From NCBI GenBank assembly GCA_049852185.1, contig CP187540.1: a stretch of 64,000 nt of DNA; one strand, written 5' to 3'. Numbering within the stretch: the first letter of the stretch is position 1; every line of letters starts with the position of its first letter. The notes under the pieces were generated by a model. That model saw only the letters and a program-made list of their open reading frames with translations, was not told the origin of the DNA and made no database searches. Shown in pieces: positions 45,686 through 56,201 of this stretch. Source of the DNA: Methanocaldococcus sp. 28A. Lineage in GTDB: Archaea; AGJL01; Methanococci; Methanococcales; Methanocaldococcaceae. Position numbers and translations under genes: made by a program.

Positions 45686-46400
45686 GAGTGTGTCTAAAAT
45701 CGAGTAATATATATTAATATATTAATACAATAACAAAATAAAAAATATTGTAGCGAAAAGATGGAACTCCAAGATATATGATATAAACGAGATATTAGAA
45801 GTTTTTGATTAGATTAGGATATTAAATTACCCAAAGGATTGAAGCCAAGAAAATATTCTATCGAACAATTACTTAAAGTTCTGTTGTTAAGGAGTTTTTG
45901 GGGGTATCGTTAAGAGCTATGGAAAAATTGACAGATATGTTTTTTTGGAGTTAGAATTGACCATTCAGTAACCATTACTGGGAAAAGAATATCGATAGTA
46001 AATCAAATTCTTAGGAGATTATGAAATTTAGATTATGAGAAGACATTTATCGACTCAACAAAGTTTTCGAATAAAGCAGGAGAATTGATAAAAATACATG
46101 CTATAACTCGTTACGATTCAGAAAATAAAACATTATTTCCAATATCTATAGGATTAGATAAATCGGACTTAGAGTTTGCTTATGGAGAGGGATATTTTTA
46201 TAATAATACGATGACAAGGATACTCTAAATAAAATAGTTAAATTCAACTACAAGCCAATAATAAAGAAAACAAAAAGAGGTTAAGGGCTATGGTGCTAAA
46301 ATTAGGGATAAAATCTTCGATAAAAAAGAATATAATAAAAGAGGAATATGCAAGGGTTGTTAGGACGGAAACCACATATAAAATGGGAGTTAGATAGAGA
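45686..46400 (+). pseudogene. Heavily frameshifted IS5-like DDE transposase
   Basis: Fragments KPRKYSIEQLLKVLLL, GVSLRAME, IDHSV.HYWEK, FIDSTKF, YDDKD, YNKRGIC; candidate left end gagtgtgtctaaaat. Confidence 0.65.
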
Positions 46401-46409
46401 TATAGATAA

Positions 46410-46745
46410 TATGCTTTAAGATACACAAATGAGTTGAGTGGTGGAGAACTGCAAAAAGTGATTATAGCAAGAGCTTTAGTACAAGAACCACAAATTTTAT
46501 TAATAGATGAGCCAACAAACAATTTAGATTTAAAAAATCAATAGGAAGTTATGAGAATTATTAGAGGTATATCAAAATCTCAAAATATTGCTTCAATTGT
46601 AGTTATGCATGATTTAAACTTAGCTTTAAGATATTCTGATAAATTTATAATGCTTAAAGATGGAGGTATTTACGCTGAAGGAGATAGAAGCATAATAACT
46701 CCTGAAAATATTAAGGGAATTCCAGTTGTAGTTCCAATAGGATAA
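46410..46745 (+). pseudogene. 3' fragment of an iron/cobalamin-type ABC transporter ATPase with an internal stop
   Basis: [40 protein letters not shown]...MHDLNLA; Walker A absent. Confidence 0.88.
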
Positions 46746-46822
46746 TCTTTTTTATATTATGAATCTATAATATTATCCACTGCTATTTTGATGTTTATAA
46801 AAGACAATTTAAAAATTTTTAA

Positions 46823-48046
46823 GTGATGATTATGGTTGAGTTATTAGCTCCGGCAAATGATTTGACTTGTCTAAAAACAGCTATTGATTATGGTGCTGAT
46901 GCAGTTTATTGTGGATTGAAAGAGTTAAACATGAGAGCAAATGCAAAAAACTTTACAAGAGAGGAGTTAATAGAAGGAGTTAAATATGCTCACAACAATA
47001 ATAAAAAGGTTTATCTCTGCACAAATACAGTTGTTTATGAAAATGATTTAAAAAAAGTTGAGGAAATTTTGGAGTTTGCAAATTCTGCTGAGGTTGATGC
47101 TGTAATAGTTAGTGACTTAGGAACTATGCAGTTGGCAAATGAGTTAGGGTTGAGGGTTCATGCAAGCGTCCAATGTAATATAACAAACTCTTTAACTGCC
47201 AAATTTTATTCAAAATTTGTTAAGAGGGTTATATTATCAAGAGAATTAACTTTAAATCAAATAAAAAATATTAGAGAAAATTTAAAAAAAGAAAAAATTA
47301 ACTTAGAGTTAGAGGGCTTTATTCATGGTGCTTTGTGTGTAGCTATAAGTGGAAGGTGTTTTTTAAGCTCTTATCTATTTAATAGACATGCTAATTGCGG
47401 AGATTGCTTACAACCTTGTAGAAGAAAATGGAAGTTGATTAATGAGCATTATGATGGAAAATATGAAGTAGTTTGCGAAGGAAAATATTTATTATCTCCA
47501 AAAGATTTATGTATGATTGAATATATTCCTCAATTAATGGAGGTTTTTGATTCATTTAAAATTGAAGGTAGGGCAAAAAATGCAGATTATGTTATGAGAA
47601 CAACAAAAGTTTATAGAGAGGCAATAGATAGCGTTTTAGATGGAACTTATTATGATAAACTTGAATATTTCAAAAAAGAGCTACAAAAAGTATATAATAG
47701 AGAGTATGATACAGGATTTTACTTTAGAGATATCAATAAAAATCATGATTTCCAATATGAAATAGAGGGAAATGCTTCAAAATTTAGAAAGGTTGAGATA
47801 GGGAGAGTTGTTAATTTTTATAAAAAGGTTAGCGTTGCTGAAATTGAATTATGGGATGACTTAAAAATTGGAGATACTATATTAATAATTGGAAAAACTA
47901 CTGGATGTGTTGAAGAGGTAGTTGAATCAATGCAGATAAACCATAAAGATGTCAAAATAGCAAAAAAAGGAGACAGAGTAGGAATTAAGTTGAATCATTT
48001 AGTTAGAGAGGGAGATAGAGTTTATCTATTAAAAGAACTCAAATAA
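46823..48046 (+). CDS. U32-family (TrhP/RlhA-like) Fe-S protein
   Basis: ELLAPA, GADAVY, HASVQ, LSRELT, HGALC..SGRC, NCGDCLQPCR, KIEGR. Confidence 0.9.
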   Translation: MMIMVELLAPANDLTCLKTAIDYGADAVYCGLKELNMRANAKNFTREELIEGVKYAHNNNKKVYLCTNTVVYENDLKKVEEILEFANSAEVDAVIVSDLGTMQLANELGLRVHASVQCNITNSLTAKFYSKFVKRVILSRELTLNQIKNIRENLKKEKINLELEGFIHGALCVAISGRCFLSSYLFNRHANCGDCLQPCRRKWKLINEHYDGKYEVVCEGKYLLSPKDLCMIEYIPQLMEVFDSFKIEGRAKNADYVMRTTKVYREAIDSVLDGTYYDKLEYFKKELQKVYNREYDTGFYFRDINKNHDFQYEIEGNASKFRKVEIGRVVNFYKKVSVAEIELWDDLKIGDTILIIGKTTGCVEEVVESMQINHKDVKIAKKGDRVGIKLNHLVREGDRVYLLKELK

Positions 48047-48059
48047 TTAGGTAGATATA

Positions 48060-48974
48060 ATGCTGATTTTAGGAGTAGCTTATTTTCTATTGGGGCTTGT
48101 TTTATTATATTTTGGAAGTGACTGGTTTGTTTTGGGGAGTGAAAGGATAGCAAAATATTTTAATGTATCAAACTTTGTCATTGGAGCTACCGTCATGGCT
48201 ATTGGAACTTCTTTACCGGAGATATTAACCTCTGCTTATGCATCATATATGCATGCTCCTGGAATCTCCATAGGAAATGCTATTGGCTCATGTATTTGTA
48301 ATATTGGCTTAGTTCTTGGAATTAGTGCAATTATAAGTCCAATAATAGTTGATAGAAATTTGAAGAAGAATGTTTTTGTCTATTTTTTATTTGTTCTATT
48401 TACATTTATAATTGGCTTTGATGGATTTTCATGGATTGATGGAATAATCTTATTAATACTTTTTGCCATTTATTTAAGATGGATTATAAATAATGGAAAT
48501 GTAGAGAAGACAAATAAAGAAGATGAGAAAAAATACAATCTTTCATTAGCATTTTCCTTAGTTTTATTAATTATTGGTTTATTAGGAGTTTTAGTTGGAG
48601 CGGAGTTGTTTGTCGATGGAGCAAAAAAGATAGCTTCTGCTTTAAATGTGTCTGATAAGGTTATTGGATTTACATTAGTTGCTTTTGGAACGTCTGTTCC
48701 TGAATTAATGGTTTCTTTAGCAGCAGCAAAAAGAAATCTTGGAGGGAGGGTTCTAGGAAATGTTGTTGGAAGTAATATGGCTGATATTGGTGGGGGTTTA
48801 GCTATTGGAAGCTTATTTATATATCTTCCACCAGAAAACGTCCAAATGAGTATTTTATTAATTATGAGCTTTCTGCTTTATTTATTTGCAAGATATTCAA
48901 AAATTGGAAGATGGCAGGGAATTTTATTCATAATTCTTTATATAATTGCTATAGCTTCTTTAGGGTTGGGATAA
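48060..48974 (+). CDS. Na+/Ca2+ exchanger (NCX_Mj-like, CaCA family)
   Basis: Alpha repeats GTSLPE/GTSVPE, GNAIGSCICN/GNVVGSNMAD. Confidence 0.93.
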   Translation: MLILGVAYFLLGLVLLYFGSDWFVLGSERIAKYFNVSNFVIGATVMAIGTSLPEILTSAYASYMHAPGISIGNAIGSCICNIGLVLGISAIISPIIVDRNLKKNVFVYFLFVLFTFIIGFDGFSWIDGIILLILFAIYLRWIINNGNVEKTNKEDEKKYNLSLAFSLVLLIIGLLGVLVGAELFVDGAKKIASALNVSDKVIGFTLVAFGTSVPELMVSLAAAKRNLGGRVLGNVVGSNMADIGGGLAIGSLFIYLPPENVQMSILLIMSFLLYLFARYSKIGRWQGILFIILYIIAIASLGLG

Positions 48975-50443
48975 TGGGAAAAATAAAGATTAAGAGATTT
49001 AATGGAAAGAAAGAGTATTTTGAAAGCTATAATGTTCCAGATAATATAACTGTATTGGAAGCTTTAGAGTATATAAATAAAAATTATAACGCTAATATTT
49101 TATTTAGAGCTTCGTGTAGAAATGGGCAATGTGGCTCTTGCACTTTAACAATAAATGGAGAACCAAAATTAGCATGTGAGACAAAGGTAGAGGATGGAAT
49201 GATAATTGAGCCATTAAAAGGGTTTAAAGTAATTAGAGATTTGATTGTTGATAGAGAATCATATTATAAAAAGTTATTAGGCATAAAAAACTATATTGTA
49301 AGGAAAAACTATCCTGAAGAGCTTGAAATTATTCTTCCAAAATATGTTGAAGAGAGTAGAGAGCTTAGAGGATGTATTGATTGCTTATCCTGCTTATCTA
49401 CATGTCCAGCGAGGGAAATTAGCGATTATCCTGGTCCAACATTTATGAGACAACTTGCAAGATTTGCATTTGATAAGAGAGATGAAGATAACAGAGAGAT
49501 TACTGCATATTTTGAAAATATTTACAACTGCACAACATGTGCAAAGTGTGTAGAAGTTTGTCCAAAAGAGATTGATATTGTCCATAAAGCCATAGAAAGA
49601 TTGAGAGCTTTAGCATTTAGTAAGGGTTATTATATAGAGAATCATTTAAAAGTTAGAGAAAATGTTTTAAAATACAACAGAAGTGTTGTTGAAGAAGAAA
49701 CTCCATTATTAAAGCAAGTAAATAACATTTATGAAGCTGAAAATGAAAAGTTAAGAGTAGCTTTCTTTACGGGATGTTTAGTTGATTTTAGATTACAAAA
49801 TGTAGGGAAAGATGCAATAAAGGTTTTAAACGCTCATGGTGTATCGGTTGTTATTCCTAAAAATCAGGTTTGTTGTGGCTCTCCATTCTTTAGAACTGGG
49901 CAGAGAGATGTAGCTGAAATGCTAAAAAAGAAAAATTTAGAGATATTTAATAAGTTAGATGTTGATTGTGTTGTAACAATATGTGCCGGATGTGGAAGCA
50001 CATTAAAAAATGATTATAAGGAGAGAGAATTTGAAGTTAAAGATATAACAGAAGTTTTAACTGAAGTAGGGCTTTTAAAATATAAACCATTAAAGATGAG
50101 AGTTACTTATCACGACCCATGTCATTTAAGAAGAGGACAGAAAATATATGAGCAACCAAGAGAGATTTTAAAATCTATTCCTGAACTTGAATTTGTTGAT
50201 ATAGAGGCAAGATGTTGTGGAGCTGGAGGAGGAGTGAGAAGCGGAAAACCAGAGATTGCCAATTTAATAGGAAAGAGAAGAGCGAAGATGATATACAATG
50301 CAAATGTAGATGCTGTAATTACAGTTTGTCCATTCTGTGAATACCACATAAAAGATAATTTAAAAAGGTTTAAAGAAGAAAATAAATTAGAAAAAGATAT
50401 CGAAGTCATGAATATTGTCTCTTTATTAAGCAAAGTAATTTAA
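48974..50443 (+). CDS. tfrB: Thiol:fumarate reductase Fe-S subunit (SdhB domain plus CCG domains)
   Basis: SCRNGQCGSC, two 4Fe-4S motifs, two CCG motifs; true start ATG 48974 overlaps the NCX stop (TAATG). Confidence 0.9.
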   Translation: MGKIKIKRFNGKKEYFESYNVPDNITVLEALEYINKNYNANILFRASCRNGQCGSCTLTINGEPKLACETKVEDGMIIEPLKGFKVIRDLIVDRESYYKKLLGIKNYIVRKNYPEELEIILPKYVEESRELRGCIDCLSCLSTCPAREISDYPGPTFMRQLARFAFDKRDEDNREITAYFENIYNCTTCAKCVEVCPKEIDIVHKAIERLRALAFSKGYYIENHLKVRENVLKYNRSVVEEETPLLKQVNNIYEAENEKLRVAFFTGCLVDFRLQNVGKDAIKVLNAHGVSVVIPKNQVCCGSPFFRTGQRDVAEMLKKKNLEIFNKLDVDCVVTICAGCGSTLKNDYKEREFEVKDITEVLTEVGLLKYKPLKMRVTYHDPCHLRRGQKIYEQPREILKSIPELEFVDIEARCCGAGGGVRSGKPEIANLIGKRRAKMIYNANVDAVITVCPFCEYHIKDNLKRFKEENKLEKDIEVMNIVSLLSKVI

Positions 50444-50499
50444 TAAAACTTTTTATATTATCCATTTATTGCATGTGAAAGTTCTATTAACTCTAAAAT

Positions 50500-50928
50500 T
50501 TATATTCCTACATATATTTTTTTACCTAAAATTTCAATAATTTCTTTATCTCCTTCTGGCATTTCTTTAACAACCTCTATATAATCTCTGTTAGCAATAT
50601 CATTGCTTAAAATATCCAAGATATATTTTAAATCTTCATCATCTGTATAAATCTTAGCCTTTACTTTAAATTTCTTTGCTAATCTTGCAATATCTCTTAG
50701 AGCTAATTTTGCTTCTGTAATTAGCTCTAAATATTTTTTAGCTTTCTTTAAATCTTCATCTTTTCCTATTAATACAGGATATTTCACATTATATATCTCA
50801 TTTTCTCTAACATCAAACTTAACATTGCAAATCTCTATTAATCTGGCGATTATTGACTGCGGCAATCCTGGAGGAATTGGAATTTCTTTTTCATCAATAT
50901 CATAGCATTTAAAATTAAAGTTCTCCAT
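50500..50928 (-). CDS. Conserved hypothetical protein
   Basis: Clean 142-aa ORF with RBS gaggg; co-oriented with marker protein 7. Confidence 0.75.
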   Translation of the reverse strand: MENFNFKCYDIDEKEIPIPPGLPQSIIARLIEICNVKFDVRENEIYNVKYPVLIGKDEDLKKAKKYLELITEAKLALRDIARLAKKFKVKAKIYTDDEDLKYILDILSNDIANRDYIEVVKEMPEGDKEIIEILGKKIYVGI

Positions 50929-50969
50929 ATTTTTCCCTCATAATGTTTTAATAAATAAAAAACTAAAAT

Positions 50970-51890
50970 TTATGCTATATTTTTATGCATTTCAAACTCT
51001 ACTTCTGATTTAGGTTTTATTTTTATTAATATATAGTTTTTCATTACACTTCTTTTAATATCGGCTATATCCTCCAACTTATAGTTTTTAACTTTAACTT
51101 CTCTAATTTTATCAGCATATTTATCATAATCCAATTTAACTCTCAATCCATCTAACTGTGTAACAATAGGCATTGGTGATAATATAGAGAAAACTTCTTC
51201 AACCTGCTTTTCAATTTCATCTTTAACTACTACTGGTGGAACAATTGGAGGGTCGTAAGATAACTCTCTCCTTCTCTCATTTATAAGTTCTGTTATTACC
51301 TCAACCATCTTTCTTAAAGCTCTAATCTCTTCTCCGTGTCTTAACCTATGGCTTCTCCTTCCAAGATTTCCTACATAAGGATAAGGAATATCTATTTTTT
51401 CAGGTCCCCCTGTAACAACAACAGGAATATCTACATCAAATAAATGAGTTTTGTCTTTAATACATGCCTCAAAATTACCCATTACATAAACTGCTAAATC
51501 ATGCTCCTCTATTAATCTTTTTTCTTTCTCTCTTAATTGAGATATATCTTTTCCAACACCTCTTGCCAATCCAATCATGTTTGGTTTAGCTCCAAATCTC
51601 CTTAAATATTCTGAAATATCACACGCTGTGTGTGGAAGATGATGCCTTGACAAACTTGGAGCTACAACCGCAATCTCAGTTCCAGCTAATGGAGTCTCTA
51701 TAATCTTACCTTTGTATTTTTTAGCTTCCTCTTTAATATTTTCAAGTTCACTTTGTGGAATTGCTAAAGTCATATAAACATCCAACTGCATAATGTGCTC
51801 TTGGATAACAAACCCACCAATATCTTCAATCCATTCTTTGAAGATATTATTTTTATAAACTCCTCCTTCATATCTAACTATCTCATACAT
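50970..51890 (-). CDS. Methanogenesis marker protein 7
   Basis: MYEIVRYEGGVYK, PLAGTEIAVV.PSLSRHHLPH..CDISEYLR; start set at ATG 51890 after ggtgat. Confidence 0.88.
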   Translation of the reverse strand: MYEIVRYEGGVYKNNIFKEWIEDIGGFVIQEHIMQLDVYMTLAIPQSELENIKEEAKKYKGKIIETPLAGTEIAVVAPSLSRHHLPHTACDISEYLRRFGAKPNMIGLARGVGKDISQLREKEKRLIEEHDLAVYVMGNFEACIKDKTHLFDVDIPVVVTGGPEKIDIPYPYVGNLGRRSHRLRHGEEIRALRKMVEVITELINERRRELSYDPPIVPPVVVKDEIEKQVEEVFSILSPMPIVTQLDGLRVKLDYDKYADKIREVKVKNYKLEDIADIKRSVMKNYILIKIKPKSEVEFEMHKNIA

Positions 51891-51995
51891 TAAAATCACC
51901 AAACTTTCAGGTTTATTAAAAACATCATTAAAAAATATTTTATTATATTCCAACTTTTTATTTTTTACCAACCAAATTTTAAGGAAAACTAACAC

Positions 51996-52388
51996 CTAAC
52001 TTTTTTTCCTTTCTTCCATAAGAAACTTTCTAACTGAATAAGAAACATGGTGAGCTATGTTTATAGCCTCTAACTCTCCTCTTGTCTTTGGAAATATCAC
52101 ATCTTTATTTAAAATTGCAGATACTATATCTTTGGACATATTAAAAAACTCCCCTCTCTCACATAAAATGTAATCAAAATCATCTCCAATCTTTTCAATC
52201 AGCTCTTTAACCTCTTTAACAATATCTCTCAATTTCTGAGTTTTTTCTTCTTTAACCATAATATCTATTTTTTCTACATGTACAATCCTATCTGCTTTAA
52301 TTTCAACTAAAACCCCAGCATAAACCCTAAAAAACATATCATTTTCATGATGCCTTCCGGATATGTCTATTGCTAATACCTTAATCAT
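51996..52388 (-). CDS. DUF2209-like protein (RNase H-like fold suspected)
   Basis: AIDISGRH N-terminus; AHHVSYSVRK C-terminus. Confidence 0.7.
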   Translation of the reverse strand: MIKVLAIDISGRHHENDMFFRVYAGVLVEIKADRIVHVEKIDIMVKEEKTQKLRDIVKEVKELIEKIGDDFDYILCERGEFFNMSKDIVSAILNKDVIFPKTRGELEAINIAHHVSYSVRKFLMEERKKS

Positions 52389-52407
52389 ATCACCTCAAAT
52401 CTTAGTA

Positions 52408-52830
52408 CAGTATCTCCGAACATCATAAAATGAATAAAAAAGAAAAAAGTTAATATTTCATAATATCGTAGTTATAAAAAAATAGGAGGTGATAGAACAA
52501 TGAACGACATAAGATTGTTGGATATAAAATCATTTAATGAATTTAACGAATTCATAAGCAATGTTCTTCAAATTTGTCTAAGGATTTATCGAGTTGAAGA
52601 TTATACAAGAGGATTTATAAAGGCAATGTCGAACAATACCTATTTAGAGACCATTAGCAAGCTAAATTTCCATTGGCAGACTCTTACTCTCGAATATAAA
52701 TAAGGCAAACGATACTATGTTTAAAGAAGTTTATAAATCTTTCGTTAAAAATCGTATTCAATTAAAAAAAAGCAATGGAAATTTTTGGCTATCGATAGAT
52801 ACGCATTTTGAGGGTTATTATAGTAATAAT
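52408..52830 (+). pseudogene. ISH3-like transposase 5' remnant
   Basis: Left end cagtatctccgaac (CAGTA start as in ISH3-family IRs); RBS ggaggtg; frameshifted ORF reaching AID/THFEGYY, matching the AIDxHxxxYY first DDE motif. Confidence 0.55.
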
Positions 52831-52933
52831 TTTTAGAATTAATTAACAAATAAAGAGAGAGGCAATCGTGAATAAGACAATCTTAACGGATAATTTAGAT
52901 ATGGCTCGAATATGTTTTGAAAACTTCTCAATT

Positions 52934-52994
52934 ATAGGACTTTCGGAGGTATAAATAATAACAATAAATAAACTTTATTGAATAGAAAGTCCTA
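52934..52994. mobile_element. Internally deleted family-1 MITE
   Basis: ataggactttcgga...agaaagtccta. Confidence 0.7.
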
Positions 52995-53416
52995 CACTGT
53001 TAATCTCATTTTTTTCCACAAATATTTGATTTAGGTGGACATGTATCTAATTAAGTTATTTTAAAATCCAAACGTTGGATTTCAAATATCTTATATATGC
53101 TCTATCTGTAAGATTTAAATATCTTTAATATAATTAATATATAATTTAATATAATTAATACTGCTATTGCTCTTGGATTACAACATAGTCTCCCAGTCTT
53201 ATTGTTCTTTAATCTATATAGAAGCTCTCCATGACTTCGTATTCGTTATAATAGTTCTCTTTCAATTTTTTTGCTTCATATTCATTTATCTCTTCCTTAT
53301 TTTTGTTATTTATCATTTATACACTTCTTGTCCAAACTTCATTATGTTTGTATAGTTTATACCTTTGATGGGAACTATGCTATTAATAAAATTAATAACT
53401 ATCCTTAACATTTATA

Positions 53417-54535
53417 ATGGTGGAGATTATGTTATCAAGAAGACTTTTAAATTTTGAATCTTTTGAGGTTATGGATATTTTGGCTTTAGCTCAAAAACTT
53501 GAAATTGATAAGAAGGTTATACATTTAGAAATTGGGGAGCCAGATTTTAATACTCCAAAGTTAATAGTTGAAGAAGGGATTAAAGCTTTAAAAGAAGGAT
53601 TGACTCATTATACAGACAGTAGAGGGATTTTGGAGTTGAGGGAGAAGATTGAGGAGCTATATAAAGGTAAATATAAAGCAGATATAAATCCAGATAACAT
53701 AATTATTACTGGAGGTAGTTCTTTAGGTTTATTTTTTGCTCTATCTTCAATAATTGATGAGGGTGATGAAGTTTTAATTCAAAATCCCTCATATCCATGT
53801 TATAAAAATTTTATTAGGTTTTTGGGAGCTAAACCAGTATTTTGTGATTTTACAGTTGAAAGTTTAGAAAAAGCATTATCTAATAAAACTAAAGCTATAA
53901 TCATAAATTCCCCATCAAATCCATTAGGGGAGGCTATAGATAAGGAGATTTATGAATTTGCTTATGAAAACATCCCTTACATTATCTCTGATGAAATCTA
54001 CAACGGCTTAGTTTATGAAGGAAAATGCTATTCAGCTATTGAGTTTGATGAAAATTTGGAAAAAACAATATTGGTTAATGGATTCTCTAAGCTGTATGCG
54101 ATGACTGGATGGAGAATTGGTTATGTTCTATCAAATAAAAAAATTATTGAAGCAGTGTTAAAATTACAGCAAAATTTATTCATCTCAGCTCCAACAATGT
54201 CTCAATATGCCGCGTTAAAAGCCTTTGAAAAAGAAACTGAAAAAGAAATAAATAATATGATAAAAGAATTTAATAGAAGGAGGAAATTGGTTTTAAAATA
54301 TGTTAAATATTTTGGATGGAAAGTTAATAACCCAATTGGAGCTTATTATGTCTTTCCAAACATTGGAGAGGATGGGAGAGAATTTGCTTACAAATTATTG
54401 AAAGAGAAGTATGTCGCTGTAACTCCAGGAATAGGTTTTGGTAGTAAAGGAAAGAATTGTGTTAGAATTTCTTACGCAAATTCATATGAAAAAATAAAAG
54501 AAGGGATGGAGAGAATAAAGGAATTTAATGAATAG
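53417..54535 (+). CDS. Class I/II PLP aminotransferase (aspartate aminotransferase-like)
   Basis: IGEPDF, NSPSNPLG, SDEIY, NGFSKLYAMTGWRIG. Confidence 0.94.
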   Translation: MVEIMLSRRLLNFESFEVMDILALAQKLEIDKKVIHLEIGEPDFNTPKLIVEEGIKALKEGLTHYTDSRGILELREKIEELYKGKYKADINPDNIIITGGSSLGLFFALSSIIDEGDEVLIQNPSYPCYKNFIRFLGAKPVFCDFTVESLEKALSNKTKAIIINSPSNPLGEAIDKEIYEFAYENIPYIISDEIYNGLVYEGKCYSAIEFDENLEKTILVNGFSKLYAMTGWRIGYVLSNKKIIEAVLKLQQNLFISAPTMSQYAALKAFEKETEKEINNMIKEFNRRRKLVLKYVKYFGWKVNNPIGAYYVFPNIGEDGREFAYKLLKEKYVAVTPGIGFGSKGKNCVRISYANSYEKIKEGMERIKEFNE

Positions 54536-54543
54536 GTGACATT

Positions 54544-54723
54544 ATGCAAGATGGGAAAACTAAATTAAAATATGAAGAGGTTAGAGATTTACTCTCTTTA
54601 TCTAAGCCAAAATTTCCTAAATGTCTATTTTTGTCTATAAATGACCACGTTTGGAGAACTCCAACTCTTACGAAAACATTAAAGAGGGTTTAAAAAGAAT
54701 TAATTAAAGAATTTATTGAGTAA
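54544..54723 (+). pseudogene. 5' stub of an unknown gene joined to a second, diverged aminotransferase 3' end
   Basis: RBS ggtga plus MQDGKTKLKYEEVRDLL...; 54663-54723 reads NSYENIKEGLKRI(frameshift)KEFIE* versus the intact NSYEKIKEGMERIKEFNE*. Confidence 0.65.
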
Positions 54724-54758
54724 GATTTTGGATTTTAAATAAATCATTTTTAAATGCT

Positions 54759-56039
54759 TTAATTAAGTTTTAAGACAATTTTTCTTCTTTTTCTATAGAA
54801 ACACTCAAATAAAAATGCTAATAAAAATGTTATAATAATTCCATAGAAAGCCATTTTATTGTTACACCATTGATAATATAAAAGGATTAAAAAAACAATA
54901 AATATTATAGAAAAATTAAACTTAAGAAGCCATTTTTTTCCTCCAACTTCATTTATAAGTTTATAATGGGATAAGATTACAAACAAATATATCATTATAA
55001 AAACAGCACTTGTTATTGAAGCTACTCCCTCCATATTAAAAAGTAATGCAAATAGATAACCTAAGATAGCTGTTATATATAACCCTTCAGAGGAGCCAAA
55101 CCAAACTTTTCTTTCAAAAAATTTTGGTAACTCCCCTTCTTTTGCTAAAGCGTAAGCAATATTTGCCCCACCATAAATTGTGGCGTTCATTGCTGAGGAT
55201 ATAGAAAATAACGCCCCAATAGATATTAATAAAAATCCTAAATTCCCCAAAACAGGTTTAGCTGCTACTGCTAAGGCATTTTCACTATATTTTATTAATT
55301 CATCAATTGGTAAAGAACCTAAAGCTACCACAGAAACTCCAACATATATAAACATCACAATAATAATACTAAGTAGTATTGCTAAAGGAACATTTTTCTT
55401 TGGATTTTCAATATGTTCAGATGCGTTAGTGATTACACCAAAACCCATATAGGATAAGAAAAATATAGCAGATGCTGAAAATAGTCCAAATGTTGTGGAG
55501 TTGGGAGGGTATAAATAAGAAGGATTTAAAACTAAAAATCCAGATAATATAAATAATAGAAGTATAGAAACTTTAATTGAAACAATAAGAAACTCAGCTT
55601 TTCCAACAGCTTTACTACCAAAAAAGTTTAATACTACAAAGAACGCTATTATCATTAATTCAACCAAACCAGTAGTTAATGGAGTTATATCTATATTAAC
55701 TAAAGGTAAAAAATATCCTGCAAATCCTTTAGCAAATAAAGCTATAGAGATAACGTAACTCAGCCACATCAAAATAGCTAAAGCCCCAGTAATTATACTA
55801 TCTCCAAAAGCTTTGTGAATATAAGCTATAGGTCCAGCATCAGAAACGATAACTCTACTTAACTTAATATATGAATAAGCTACTAAAAAAGCATAGATTC
55901 CTGCCAATACAAAAGCTTCGGGTAGTAAATTTCCAGCTATTTTAACTCCAGTCCCAAATATGGAGAAAATACTAGCCCCTATCATTACACCAATGCCCAT
56001 AGAAACAGCTTCATATAAGGAAAGTTTTTTATTTTCCAT
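54759..56039 (-). CDS. APC-family amino acid transporter (ApcT-like)
   Basis: GVMIGASIFS, FLSYMGFGVITNASEHIENPKKNVP, multiple TM helices. Confidence 0.93.
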   Translation of the reverse strand: MENKKLSLYEAVSMGIGVMIGASIFSIFGTGVKIAGNLLPEAFVLAGIYAFLVAYSYIKLSRVIVSDAGPIAYIHKAFGDSIITGALAILMWLSYVISIALFAKGFAGYFLPLVNIDITPLTTGLVELMIIAFFVVLNFFGSKAVGKAEFLIVSIKVSILLLFILSGFLVLNPSYLYPPNSTTFGLFSASAIFFLSYMGFGVITNASEHIENPKKNVPLAILLSIIIVMFIYVGVSVVALGSLPIDELIKYSENALAVAAKPVLGNLGFLLISIGALFSISSAMNATIYGGANIAYALAKEGELPKFFERKVWFGSSEGLYITAILGYLFALLFNMEGVASITSAVFIMIYLFVILSHYKLINEVGGKKWLLKFNFSIIFIVFLILLYYQWCNNKMAFYGIIITFLLAFLFECFYRKRRKIVLKLN

Positions 56040-56113
56040 ACTACCCCCTAAAATAACATAATAGTTTATTTATAGTTTATTTAATTTATAATAATATATA
56101 AGGTTGATTATTA

Positions 56114-56174
56114 ATAGGTCTTTCACAAAAATAAATAAAATTAAATATATATATATATACTGCGAAAGTCCTAT
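56114..56174. mobile_element. Internally deleted family-1 MITE
   Basis: ataggtctttcaca...ctgcgaaagtcctat. Confidence 0.7.
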
Positions 56175-56201
56175 TAGAATTAGAATTTAAAATTATTATG
56201 G

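Noticed and set aside
48911-48973. N-terminal extension of tfrB in the ORF track
   Set aside because: It overlaps the NCX gene; the coupled TAATG start at 48974 fits better. The extension of marker protein 7 (51891-51995) was rejected likewise
53167-53355. 62-aa hydrophobic plus-strand ORF
   Set aside because: TTG start without an RBS; the hydrophobicity reflects T-rich antisense of an A-rich decayed sequence
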